DNA of 63,930 nucleotides, counting the filler, from Folioceros fuciformis (lineage: Eukaryota): the NCBI GenBank assembly GCA_049999805.1. It is 5 parts of 5 records of this genome, joined end to end, with 100 filler letters (N's around TTAATTAATTAA, not from the genome) between each part and the next. Parts side by side here need not be neighbours in the genome. Positions count along the whole stretch, not along the records: positions 43,770 to 59,176 come from JBNGIO010005879.1; positions 59,277 to 62,474 come from JBNGIO010005890.1; 3 more parts are not named here. One strand, 5' to 3'. Each line of letters begins with the position of its first letter. The stretch's first letter is position 1. A program made the position numbers and the translations under genes. Below the pieces are notes generated by a model. The model saw only the letters and a list, made by a program, of their open reading frames with translations. It had not been told where the DNA came from and ran no database searches. Below are positions 50,601-62,574 of the stretch, one piece after another.

Positions 50601-53494
50601 GGGAACATGAATTTTCCTAGAGATATTAGAGGTGCACAAGATCAAGAGGTGCAGAGACACGGTGTGCTACTTGCTTGGGGAAAGGTAATTCTTTTTGTTT
50701 TGCTACGATGCAGGACTCACCGAGAGGGAGGTCATTGAAACACTTAGGGAGAGGTTCCCTATAACAGTCAGTGTTTGCCATCTTCACAAGCTTCTGTTTG
50801 TTCACATGTCTCAACCTAGCGTGCCATAATTGTGCCTGAGCCCCATGATGAGTAGTGGCAGCAATATGTGTAGGGAGAGCATTGGACATTTAGCTTGTAA
50901 AGATCATTAGTTAGAAGACCTCGAGCGACCACTGTGCTACAATAGTCATCGTCCAACTCCTATTGAGTAATGAAACAACCATCGGAAGAGAAATGAAGTT
51001 GATATCCGGGGGTCTTAAGTAGCTGACTGACAAACAACAAATTTTTGGACATGTCTGGGATGTACAGAACACTATCAAGTGACTAGAAAATTGTTATCCT
51101 GCAGCTTGAAATGACAGGTACCTATACCATGAATGGTGAGACCTGTCTGTTGATGTTCGTCTCCCACCCAGACTTTCTCATATTTGTATGATGCAACTAG
51201 GTTACTGATCAGGCATCTGTCCTTATAGATATGGGAGGTGGCACCTGAATCAAGGAACCAGGAGTTAGAATCATATGCTTGATAATTGTAGTTGCCAAAC
51301 AAATCGTCATCACTACGGCCTGCTTGCTGGAAGAGCTAGATAGCAAAGATTTGTCCTTGGAGACAAAATGGGCCTTAGCCGGTTTGTTGGGCTTCTCGAC
51401 CCTTCTTGGATCTCCTGACCTCTTCTTTCAACAATCCCTCTCCCAGTGCCTAGCAATCCCGCACCAGTTACAAGCTCCAGCTTGTTTTTGTTGATTGGGA
51501 TGGGTAGCACCGCAATTGGAATTCTTCCCCTTTGTTGGGAACCGGCCTTTCTAAGTGGTAAGAACCTTGTCCACTAAAATTTGTTCTACTTCTATAGCCA
51601 TGAACTAATTTTGCCTTGTTCTTCCTAAAACAAAGCGCCTACCACATCTGTGAAGGTGACTGTGGAGGATTGGCCAGCAGCTACGGCTTGTGTCCCTAGG
51701 GGTCAATAGGGAAACACCTTGGCTAGAGACGAAAGTTTGGTAGCTAGGAGGAAGACTAGAAGCTACGTGATGGCATCCAACTCGCTCATTGTGGAGCCAA
51801 GTGAACTAAGCAAGGCACACAGGTGCTTAAATTTGCTTACAAACATAGGACCTGGTGCTTTGTCTCCCTCCTTCATGCGCAAATTGTAGAACTCAGTTCG
51901 GGTTGCACAAAGGGTTAAGATGTTTTTCACTTCATATGTTTCATGGAGTTGATCCTAGATCTCTTTCGCAGCATTGCGATATCCCACAGTGGGGATGAGA
52001 ATTTCTTCGAGGCTGATGATAATTAGCGCTCTGGCAACATTGTTGTGGTTGTTACATTTGACTTGAGAGGCATTTGGTTTTGTAGCGGTTGCGGTAGCAG
52101 TGCCGGAAGTAGTGGGGTTGGGGTAGGAGCCATCCACTACAGGCCAGACATTTTGCACCTCAAGGCTTGATCTCATCCTAACCCTCCAAACCTCAAACTT
52201 TGAGCCATTAAACCTATCGCGTTCTTTGAACTCTGTAGTGTAGCTTGGTTGGGGTATGGAGTCGGGAAGTGGTGGTGCTAGAGGAGGTGTAGCCATCCTC
52301 ACAGCACAGGAAGTAGAGGGATGGAACACGGAAGGAAAGTTGGTAAATCAAGACAGCCAAATTAGGAACGAGGCCAAGGTAAGCATGCTGTTTGGAGTGT
52401 TGTCGCATTGAGGTCTTGGTTTGATGTTGGCTCTTGATCACCCGTAGTAAGAGGAGCACAAATGGGGCACGGCGCATGTAGAGACAGTCGCGTGCCACAA
52501 GGCGTACCCCCTCAAATCTGTCCAGGTGGTGGCTGAGATAAGGGATGCCGTTCAAAATCTCGAGCGGGAGCTTGAGCTTGCCGATGCCGAAAGATAACAC
52601 GTCACCTCTCGGATTATGAGGACTCTCTCTGTGAAAGACACAAGATTTTCCTGCTGATTGCCCAGGTAGGTGATTATGGACTCCAAGTTTTCCAAGTCTC
52701 AAACTTTCACCAAGGCGCCATCTTGAACTCTAATCGGCTCTGAATTGGAGTGCCCACACCGCAGTCCTTTAGTCGATTGGCAGGATGAAAGATTGCCTGG
52801 CCAAGCTCTACCTTCCTTGGCAAGGTTTGAGCATAATTGTTGTGTTGCAGGCTTTGATTTAGAAACTGGGCACTTGAAGGAGACAAATCGCCTTTTCTCC
52901 ACCAGCTGATGGAAAAGGTAATTTGAGGATTTTCTTGTATATCCTGCAACTTGATGTCTTGGTAGCCCAGTGGGATCTGCCAGTCTCGGCATCATAGAGT
53001 GCAGGCTTCTCAGTATAGAGAAATTGCCTCATCAGTTGAGCAGCGGAAGTAGGCCATTCGGCATTGAGTTGTATCTTCTATGCATGATGGCATGCTGATG
53101 CCTAACTTGGCTGTGCAACTGAAAATAGAAGCGTTGGTGTCAAGGCATCAAGCGAAAATGGAAGCGTTGGTGTCAAGGCATCAAGCGAAAATAGAAGCGT
53201 TGGTGTCAAGGCATCAAGCGAAAATGGAAGCATTGGCGTCAAGGCATCAAGCGAAAATGGAAGCATTGGTGTCAAGGCATCAAGCAAGGTATTGTTCTGA
53301 TACCATCTTAGCAATTATACGGCCAGTGTTCTACAATGGCACGAGACATGGAAGAGACTTACGACAGCAGAGATAGCAGAAGAGTGTTTATTTTAGGGTA
53401 AGAATTTGATTATGTACAAAATTGAGTGTATGTGACGTTTTGTGAATAGGTAGACTAACTATGTTGAGGGTTACAGCTGTAGGGCTCCGTAACA
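47655..53494 (-). mobile_element. Full-length but degenerate Ty1/Copia element C; LTRs 47655-47856 and 53306-53494
   Basis: Direct-repeat LTRs; PBS TGGTATCAGAA 53305-53295; PPT AAGGGGGTG next to 47856; gag (~52295, FKERDRFNG), PR WFLDSGATSH, LWHARL, RT (CKLKKTLYGLKQSAREW, LYVDY), RH (GYVDADWA). Flanks gaagc/taagt are only a partial TSD match. Confidence 0.93.
53121..53285. repeat. 33-bp tandem array, 5 copies, in the Copia C leader immediately after the PBS
   Basis: gaaaat(a/g)gaagc(g/a)ttgg(t/c)gtcaaggcatcaagc x5. Confidence 0.95.
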
Positions 53495-54322
53495 TAAGTG
53501 GCTCTAGCCATGGCGCGTGTAGTTCTTGGCATCAGCCCCTCGGCAGGAATTAAGCCTCGTCTAGATTTGTTGGACAAGAAATCAAACATTTGTAATTCAG
53601 GCTTCTTGAGGGCGCTTTTGAACACTTGGTGTTTGGATTACAACTTCTAACCTTATCTTTGACAAGTTGGATGGAACCAATTAGCAAATGTTGGAGGACA
53701 AAGAAGTATGGCACATAGTGTGTGGGGTGAGCACAGTAATCACGTGATGGATGAAACTGCTGCAAATAAATGGAGGCAATATGATCCCAAAGACTTTTTT
53801 ACAATCTTAGACTACTTCTACTTGAAGATACACAATTGTAGATGCTTTGTTGGCTATGGTGTGAGGTTGATTGAATATCCCATAAAAGACTAGAGGTCTT
53901 CTAAGCAAGAAGTTTCTATTTCCAGTAAAGAAGTTAGTGACTTTGTAAATAGCTGAAGAGGATAGCATGCAAGACCACTTCACTCAAGTTATGTAGTTGG
54001 AACAAGTTATGTAGTTGAAGCAGTGAGTGGGCATTGAAACCATTCTTCACTTGAATGGTTTCAAAATTCAATTATATTTTTAATTAAATATTTATAAAAT
54101 AATTACTATATATATTATAAATATGATATTTTAGTATATATTGCCTGCTAGTTTAGTACATTTGTAGGATTCCAAGTTGGTTTTTCGTGTGAATCTATTT
54201 AAGATGTTGGGTACCTCTATTTAGTACCGTTCGCCGAATATGGAACGAGACAAGTGACTTATTAAGAGGGACATATAAATCTTGGCGGGGAGGCTTGACG
54301 ACCTTTTCAACGCCGGAGAAGT

Positions 54323-55053
54323 ATGGCCTTGAGAATTCGGTGCACGATGTTGTCCAGCGAGCCTTGCACCATCCAGAAGGCTGCACGTTGCATGGAGGCA
54401 TTTTCCGAAGGTGACTCTCTTCCGAGAGATGGGATCCTCATGAGCTTTGTCTCCGCAGTGGCCAAAGGTCTGCGGGAGGAAGAAGCAATGCGAAGGAAGA
54501 ATGCCGAGAGCGAGCTGGCGCTGCCCGTGGTGGCGGAGCGTCCTGCACGTGTGAACGGAGTGAATGCCGGAATGGAGGCTTGCGGGAATGGGAATGGGAA
54601 TGGTGAGCAGATCATGGGGCAGGAAGCTGCCGAGAAGGTGCAGGCTGTGAAGGAACGGTCTGGGGTGCGGGAGCAACAAGGGACGAAGAGGAAGAGAAAG
54701 GAGGTCGTGGAGACAGAATTGGCGGATGGTGGCAAGGAGGAGGAGAAACTGGAGTGTGACAAGGTAGCTGGGACGAGTACGGGTGTGAAGGAAGGTGAGG
54801 TTCCGGCGGAGNNNNNNNNNNNNNNNNNNNNNNNNNNNNNNNNNNNNNNNNNNNNNNNNNNNNNNNNNNNNNNNNNNNNNNNNNNNNNNNNNNNNNNNNN
54901 NNNNNNNNNNNGAAGAAGAAGCGGAAGGGGAAAGCAGGGCATGAGGGTGGCGCGGTTGTGGTGGATGGTGAGGTTCCGGTGGATCCCGACCTGGTTAAGG
55001 GTAAGCGGAAGAAGAAACGGGAGAGAATTGCAGAAGATAAAGGAGAGGCGTGA
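54323..55053 (+). CDS. Uncharacterised protein: short globular N-terminus plus K/E-rich, NLS-bearing tail (spans gap)
   Basis: Open frame from ATG 54323 to the gap. After the gap the compositionally matching frame reads KKKRKGKAGHEGG..KGKRKKKRERIAEDKGEA* (stop 55051-55053), not the frame given in the ORF track. Confidence 0.6.
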
Positions 55054-57006
55054 TACGGGAGAAATGGCTTCACCTAAAGCGCCGTGGACCATTATCAAGT
55101 AGCTGTGGTGCGAGATAGGAAACCAGCGGATCTCTGTTTCTGGAGGTACCGGCTGCCCGTGAGACCGAGGCCTCACGTGCAGAGACCGTGCCAGTAATGA
55201 AGTGGAGCTCGAGGCACGAATGGAGACTCGTGGAAGGCGTGATGTGGCTGTGGGGCCTCGCTCGAGCCTTGGCTATGAATGCGAAGGTCGGAGATGATGA
55301 GGTGCTCTAGACTGCTGAGCCGCCGGCGCGGAGGAGATGGACCGTGCTGTTGGGTGGACCTGGCTAAGGAGGTTGCAACGGCGAGTAAAGAATGCCATCC
55401 CTCCACAAGGTCCTGAATTCCCTTCGATGCTTACAACTTCTAAGGGCTTGCAAGAAGCCCCGGCCTTTCACAAAACTTATTTCACCACCCAACCACACCT
55501 GCAGCCATGACAAGAACGGGGCATTGATGCCACCGTCAAGAGCAGATGGAGGGCTTCATGATCGTATACTACACCATGAGCAGAAAACACCACATACAGT
55601 ACTGTAACACCAAGCAGGAACGTGACGGTCATGGCGTTGAGTTGATTGTGCGCTGCACTAGATGGTGTGTGATGCCATTGAATACCCGTGGAACTCGGGC
55701 TAGAGGAATGTTCCAAGATACGTGATTGGCGCACATCGAAGAAACTCAATCTTGACACATGCCCTCCTTGTTCGGAGTCATTCAACGATGGAGGAAAGAG
55801 GTTTGAAGGTTCACGACACTCCACTTCTCATTGAAGTCTCCTTATAGTGGGTCGGACCTGATTACGACAAGACAAAACTATAGTGGGATGGACCTGACTA
55901 CCACCAGCCACTGTACCAAGACATAACTGGAGGTTCGGTGAAACCATCGAGACTCTGTATTTGTTTAATTTTAGAATCTATAAGTCATTATTTTCAACTT
56001 ATCAAAATGGAGAAAAGGATTGTGCCGGTGTGACAGTTGGACTCCCTGATCACAAACTCACCTCTGTTGGACCCTTTTAATCTTTTCTCTTCCCCTCCAT
56101 CTTAGTTTTTTTGATGGAGCTCCAATTTAGGTTGAAGCGATGGTTCTTCCACCTAAGAAACCCTAGACACTAAGAAGCTCCCGCTGAGAGCGACGTCGGG
56201 TGGACTCCCGTAATCACGGGGTCGTTGGTCGCCAACAGCGAAACCATCGCAGGTAGGCTCAGCGCCTCAAGTGCTAGATACACTCCCGAAGCCGCCGTTG
56301 CTCAGTTGCTGCTGCAGGCTGCCTAGGCACTTGCAGTGATGAACACAGATTTGCTTCTGTGATACGAGTGCAGGTAGCCTGCGATGTAGAACTGCACCTC
56401 TCGTCAAGGTGTAGATCGTATGGTCATGAAGACCGCCCTGGTACATGTGTCGATATGTTGTTCACGGCCGTCACCGTGAGCTGTGTGTCCCCAGTTTGAC
56501 GCAACATGTCCCGGTTCCTTGAAACAGCCTGAATACATGGCGAGCACTCCCAACTGCAGCCCGGGAAACAAGACGCATCGACGTGGCCCTGGTGCGTTGA
56601 TCGCTTGATATCAGCGCCATGGCGGACAAGACGATGAAGCGACCTCAACAAAACACGTATCGGCTCCCCGGCTCTGTCTCTGTCCGCTCTCTCGTCCCTG
56701 GCCTTGACCTAAAACTTAACCAACCGAATAACGCTGGTTCTACACTCAAAGATGGAGCATTTTTTCTTTTGTTGTCTAAACGATTGTCTTGAAATGTCTG
56801 GCCGGCACGCTTGCTCAAATTCCTCAACGGCACAGTTCCAGGTAGCCATGGGTTACGGTCGCCCTAGAAGCAAACGTCTTTCTTTCTCCTCCAAGGACAG
56901 AGATCTCGGACAGACGTCTCATGAATCTTGGCCAGCTTTCCGCAGGGTCACCGCTATGTCATCAAACCTTGAATGTAGGAGGTAGTCACGTACTGTACTC
57001 GACATG

Positions 57007-58896
57007 TCACCCGAGGGCGCTTCTCACTTTCTTGTCGTCTTCAGATAACTCTTCCGTGCAAGCAGGTTGCACCGACGAGGCATTGCTGTCCTCTGGCCCG
57101 TAAACCCTTCTCTGGTCGAAACTGGTTGCAGCTTGCAAGCCTTGTCCCCTCACTAGACTATTCCACTGCCAAACACAGCTTGCAGCCATAAGGAGTGCAG
57201 GGGATATCGCAACACCAAGGGGGCAAGCCAGCATGATGTTGTAGTTCTTCATGCGGAGCTTATGCAAGGCGCTAGCATAATCTTTATCCCCTGAAATCAG
57301 AAACACATGTGCAGGTGGTGCATGATCCATCGTCCACAACATCAAGTCAACTAAGATGGCCTTATCACTGGATTCCTTCTTGCCCCCTGTTCCAACAGGA
57401 ACATGAAGTGTCAAGGCGAGAAGTAAAAACACCACCTACAGTGCACAATGGAAGAGCCTTTTGTGTAACAGTTACTTGTGTGCTTTACCTGATGGTATGT
57501 GATGAAGTTGAATGCCTGTGGAAGTTAGAGCCAGTTGAATGTTTCGAGATAATTGTAGCACGTCACCATAGCCAAATATTGAAACATGCCCTCTAAAACC
57601 ACTTGCTCGCAAACCATTCAGTATGTTCAGAGCAATCTTGTGAGCGTCGATACTGTGAGGGACTCCACAATTTTCAAAATCCCACCACACTGAAATCCTC
57701 ACGTCTTCCCTACTGGGATCGACCTGGCTACCAGAAAGAACAGGAGGCTCGAACGTACGACCATCAACACCCTGTGATCCAGAACGGTTGCTTGAACGTG
57801 TTCCCCAAGATTTTGGGTAGAGGAAGAACTTCGGGCTCGATTGAAATTTCGAGACCTTTCCTTTTACAGACAAGCTTCTTCTCGACACACCATGCTGGCA
57901 GTTGAAGAACAGTGAATTGCAATTATCTACCATAAAACTCCCCCTAAACCTCTGAAGTGGCTCATGCCATGTGCCCAAATGGCACCTCATGCGCTTGGAA
58001 ACTTGAGCACAGCTACTTGTATTGAAGCCATGAAAATGATCAGGCAAAAACAAAAGTGCACTCGGTACCTCTGGCTGAAGGCACAGAGCTTTCATGTTGG
58101 GCACGTGAGGTTGAACCTCTAAAATGTCTAGCATGGTTGCATTTCTGTTACGCTGTTTTACATGCCTTTGTCTAGGAGTGTCTGCCCATGCACCCTGGAC
58201 GGACTCAAGATTTTGTTGAAAGTGAGCCGCGTTCAAGAAAGCGTTCACAGCTTCGAAGTTACTACAGGTGTTCAAGTCAGCACGAGATACTTTTTTGTTA
58301 AAGCCAATCTTTAAGCCGAAATGTTCTTGAAACTTGAATGGACCACTGTATTGCAAATGGCTGCAGTCTCTATAATTGTAGATGAAGTACCTGTTGGATT
58401 CTAGGCACCGACGAGGTGTCTTTATGTCTTCAAGCTTTTCAACTAATGGGTATGGAGCTTTGTTGTTTAGCACATTCTTTGTAGTTCCAGAAAGGAAGTT
58501 CGTCCAAATCCTTCCCGTTGCAATATGTTCGACCTTGTTGAGAGAAAAATCCCTGCATTTTACATACTCGTCACGCACTTCATTTTGCACGCTTGCATTG
58601 TTGAATCCTATTGAATTCGGATTTCTTGTTTTCTTGTTTTCCTTGGTGACTTGTTCAAAACATTGGAACAATACGCTTTCAATCAAACAACTAGTAGTCC
58701 TTGCAATCTTTGTTGCTGCAAATATAGTTGTATGCTTCCTATGAGTTGTGGCCATCGGACTACGAGGTAGTCCATATCTTCTTGATAAGTTGATTTGAAT
58801 CCTTGGAGAAGATTTACACCCCTCATACTGATAGGAACTAGAGATTCTTCCAAAAGTAAGATTTGCAAAAATAATTTTCTTTACAGCAGTGCCCAA
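57007..58896 (-). CDS. NYN-domain (LabA/DUF88, MARF1/limkain-b1-like) ribonuclease; intron 57488-57387; true 5' and 3' ends unresolved
   Basis: ISVWWDFENCGVP..GHVSIFGYGD..LTSTGIQLHHIPS|GGKKESSDKAILVDLMLWTMDHAPPAHVFLISGDKDYASALHKLRMKNYNIMLA..ALLMAASCVWQW, with catalytic Asp residues intact. Confidence 0.9.
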
Positions 58897-59276
58897 GTAA
58901 GTGTTTTGTCTTGCTGTATTTCATTTTGCCCTTTCCATGACAACAGCTAGAACTTGATTATGAGTCCTCATTCTCATTCTCATGTCTTTTTCATAGCGGT
59001 GTTTTTGTTACGAGATGTGTTGCAACATGTTCTTTCCTCCTTCTTGTTGGAGGTCTTTGTGTGTTATTTTTATTAATAACTAGAGGTATATTTGTGGGCG
59101 GCTCCTCTTTGCAAGCAAAGGCACCATGAGTTATGATGACATGAGGGATATCATCCGTCACCTCTACAGCAACCACNNNNNNNNNNNNNNNNNNNNNNNN
59201 NNNNNNNNNNNNNNNNNNNNTTAATTAATTAANNNNNNNNNNNNNNNNNNNNNNNNNNNNNNNNNNNNNNNNNNNN

Positions 59277-60000
59277 CGTGTAGGCTAGCATAGAGATCGA
59301 CTTCAGTCGAAGGCAGGTATGCATATAAACTGCTCCGTCTTGGAAGTCTCATCGCTCTCAAAGGAGGTCAGAAACATCGAAGTTACTGAAGTCGTACCCG
59401 TCCAGCGCCTCGTAGCCTTGGATGACATTGTGCGCCATTAGGCAAAGCATAATCGAGACCCGAATCCACACTTGCTGCCAGCGCGTGGGCGCAAGCGATC
59501 GTTGATATGCTTCTTCCTTTTCATCAATCCAGTTTTGAAGCTCCTGAAGCCGCCTTGCTCTTCTCGCTAATCTTTCTTGCTTGCGCTGTCCAGGCATGAT
59601 TGGCACATGGATAATTCTTTCATGAGCATTCTCGCAAAAGGCGCCTGAAGGCATCTGCTCGCAAAAGGATTCCCTGCGCGCTGTTGTTACCCATCCAGAT
59701 TTCCAAGAAGACGTTTAGAAGATGAGAACGATGCAACTTTGAAAGCTTCACGCGCGCTGTGTGCACAGAAATGCACATAGCCAATCCAGGTTGCTCGTGC
59801 ACTGGAGTTAACGCACGACACGGATCGTCGCGAGCTCTGATACCATGACATGTTCACGTGAGCATAGAGAAGTGATCAGATTAGAATAGATGTTACAGGA
59901 CATATCTTGTGAATTTTACTAGGTGACTGTTATTAGTTGTAACCATCACCTAACCCTCTAACCCTAATCTGAACTAATAAAAAGGCAATTAAAATATGAC
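59277..60000 (-). mobile_element. 5' end of an LTR retrotransposon: partial LTR (from 59846), PBS tRNA-iMet (59845-59834) and leader ORF; truncated by gap
   Basis: gctctgatacca immediately followed by TG and an AT-rich LTR-like tract. The outer boundary is approximate. Confidence 0.7.
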
Positions 60001-61579
60001 CTGTCAGATCTCTTGGGCTATCCCTTCACCACCACCTACAAGTTCGGTAGGGGAGGGTTCCCCTTGTTCCTCAACTTGAGGCTCCTTCCCTACGTAGGGT
60101 GGGAATGTTTCCTCCGTAGGTAGGGTATCTGTTGCTTCCTCCGTAGGTAGGGTCCCTACCCCTCCTCTCATAAGTAGGTTCCCTATGGGAGTAGGGACCC
60201 CTTGTTGCGTGCTCTCCAGGTCCATACTGTTGTCCTCTTCAAAGTTTGTTGGTAGGGGCACTATCTCGAGGGCCTCATGGTCGTCATCATGTGGCCCAAG
60301 ATACCTTCGTCTTGCCAATGTTGCCAGTTCCTTGTGATGAGCGAGTAGACGTTGGTGTAGGTGGAGGTTGTGATTCTATTAAGCTAGATCTATGGTATCC
60401 ATGTCAACAACCCAATCCCCACCCTCGCATCTACTCTTGTAGATATCCCGTTCAGCCTCCATCACCCCTACCTTCAACTGTAGGTCAAGGTTTTCTTGAT
60501 GACTTGCATGAAGCTTGGTCATGCACCCCATCAAGTAGGCATAGTTAGCATGAAACCTACGAGCTCGAACCACCAGCATCCTGTGAATCTTGGTCTAGTG
60601 CTCAACTTCTTGTTGTGCTTTCTCCTACCGAAGGTCTTCTAATTGTATGGTCAATTGTTCCCTCTCCACTCACTCTCGTTTCCCTCCTTCAAGGCATTTC
60701 TGGAGTTCTTGGTTTGCTTTAGCATTCTATGCCTCCAACACAACCCTTTGCAAGGTAGACTTGTTCTCGTAGCTATTCCTCCACCACCTTCCTAGTTTCC
60801 TCAGACTGGGTGAGGTCCCTTCGACATGTAATGATCTCATGGGATAAACCTTGTTGGGAAGTCTACAACATGGTCACTTGCTGGGTCAACTTCTCCAGTC
60901 CTTGCCTTTGCTCACCATCCTTGAGAGATACTGTTCTTGCTCCTTTTCCAATTCCTGCACGTTGGATTCTAGTCGTGCCTGGTTTGCATCGCGACTTATG
61001 TCCTCCTATATTAGGGCTGCAATCATTGCACGGGCCTCTCCCCAATTGATGTTTGTAGCTGTTGGCCACACCGAATGATGTTGCTCCACACTCCCAACGA
61101 AGGTCGTTACCTTGGCTTATGGCGTGTGCTCCCCGGGCTGCCTCCCAATTCATTGGGCTCATTCTCCCCAAATCTGGTGCTCCACTTTGTGCTTGCACTA
61201 TTGGTGTCATCGCCAAATCCCCTACCTGGTACCCTACTTCAACTATTGGCTGGCTTGGTCCAGGATCCCTCACTGTCTCCATCTCAGTTGGGGTGGAATC
61301 TAGGGCTGCGGGGGTGGTGACTGATGGTAGCCTTTGGTCCCTTTGCTACTCTCTGGGTCTTAGTATCAACAAGGTGTCATCTTCATAAGACTCATCATAG
61401 GCTGCTATGGCTGATTCGGAATCAAGCAGGGACTCCTCATCCGTAAGAGGGGTCGACACTCCACCGGAAATAAAAGCCTCCCCCTGTAACGAGAAAACTA
61501 CAAAAGGTTGTTCCGCCTCCTCCAACTCCTCTTGTGTTAACAACCATTCTGTCTTCCATAAGTGCACCAAGTCGAGAGG

Positions 61580-61802
61580 TGTGAACCTCCAAAGTTTGGG
61601 GTAGTAGTTTGTTTTGGTTGAAAAAGGGTTAATAGTGGTATGGTTTGGTTTTCTTTTTCAACTTATTTTCCCTAATTTTCCTTTATTTTCTGGTCATTTT
61701 TACTATTTTTCTTTGTGCTAATTAGGTTAATTGACCAGGAAATAATTGGTTTGGTTATAAGAGTGGGTATAGGTTTGGTCTCAGACCTAGGAAGGTTTAG
61801 GT
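61580..61802 (+). repeat. Dispersed ~223-bp repeat, copy 2, interrupted by Copia D LTR
   Basis: Similar to 43222-43444; similarity stops where TGTCAATAGG (61804) begins. Confidence 0.85.
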
Positions 61803-61803
61803 T

Positions 61804-62430
61804 TGTCAATAGGATCGACTCCAGTCTACGTGCAAGTGTAGGAGAGGAGAGGAGAGAAGAGAGGGTGGTATTGGTGATCACAACCATGAAAACAATACAC
61901 ATCACCACTGTCTTACTATGGAGATCCGAGGTCTCCATTTAAGTAGTACATTTAGAGCTACACAACTTCCAGGTTCAATATGGGATAATCTACACTATCC
62001 TAAGTTCACTAATAACTAGAACTAGTCTAGTATGAACCCAACTGGGATAACTAACACCACATGAGTTTAGCTCATATAGAGCTCGATAACTCAACACTCC
62101 CCCTCGAGCTCAACATAGCATCTGTACGCCTAACATAGCTCGGAATTTCTTCAGCTTCTCTGCTCCCATTGGCTTAGTAAATATATCGGCTATCTGCTCG
62201 TCTGTGTTGACATACACAAGATCAATAGCTCCAGATAAAATCCTTTCGTGAAGAAAATGATAATGTATTTCAATGTGTTTTGTCCTGGCATGAAACACTG
62301 GGTTTCGCGCCAACTGTATGCTGCTAAGATTGTCACAGTAGATAACAACCTTGTCGTTGACCTGCAATCCAAAATCTCCGAGTAACTTACAAATCCAAGT
62401 CACTTCACATGCTGCCATTGCTGCGCCTTA
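61804..62430 (-). mobile_element. 3' end of Ty1/Copia element D: RNase H, PPT and 3' LTR (61804-62096)
   Basis: IYCDNLSSIQLARNPVFHARTKHIEIHYHF..QIADIFTK; PPT CGAGGGGGAG adjacent to TG...CA-bounded LTR. Confidence 0.88.
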
Positions 62431-62574
62431 ATGCGATCCATGATCGCGAGGGGCACGAGCAGGTGTGTAAGCGGNNNNNNNNNNNNNNNNNNNNNNNNNN
62501 NNNNNNNNNNNNNNNNNNTTAATTAATTAANNNNNNNNNNNNNNNNNNNNNNNNNNNNNNNNNNNNNNNNNNNN

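Noticed and set aside
53121-53285. Regular array that could be mistaken for CRISPR, and the (EALVSRHQAKM)n ORF on the plus strand
   Set aside because: Head-to-tail units with no unique spacers, no cas genes and a eukaryotic context. The ORF is a by-product of a 33-bp period.
60004-61579. Broken minus-strand ORFs with coiled-coil and acidic character
   Set aside because: Probably a decayed retroelement gag or accessory region, but no diagnostic motif, so left unannotated.
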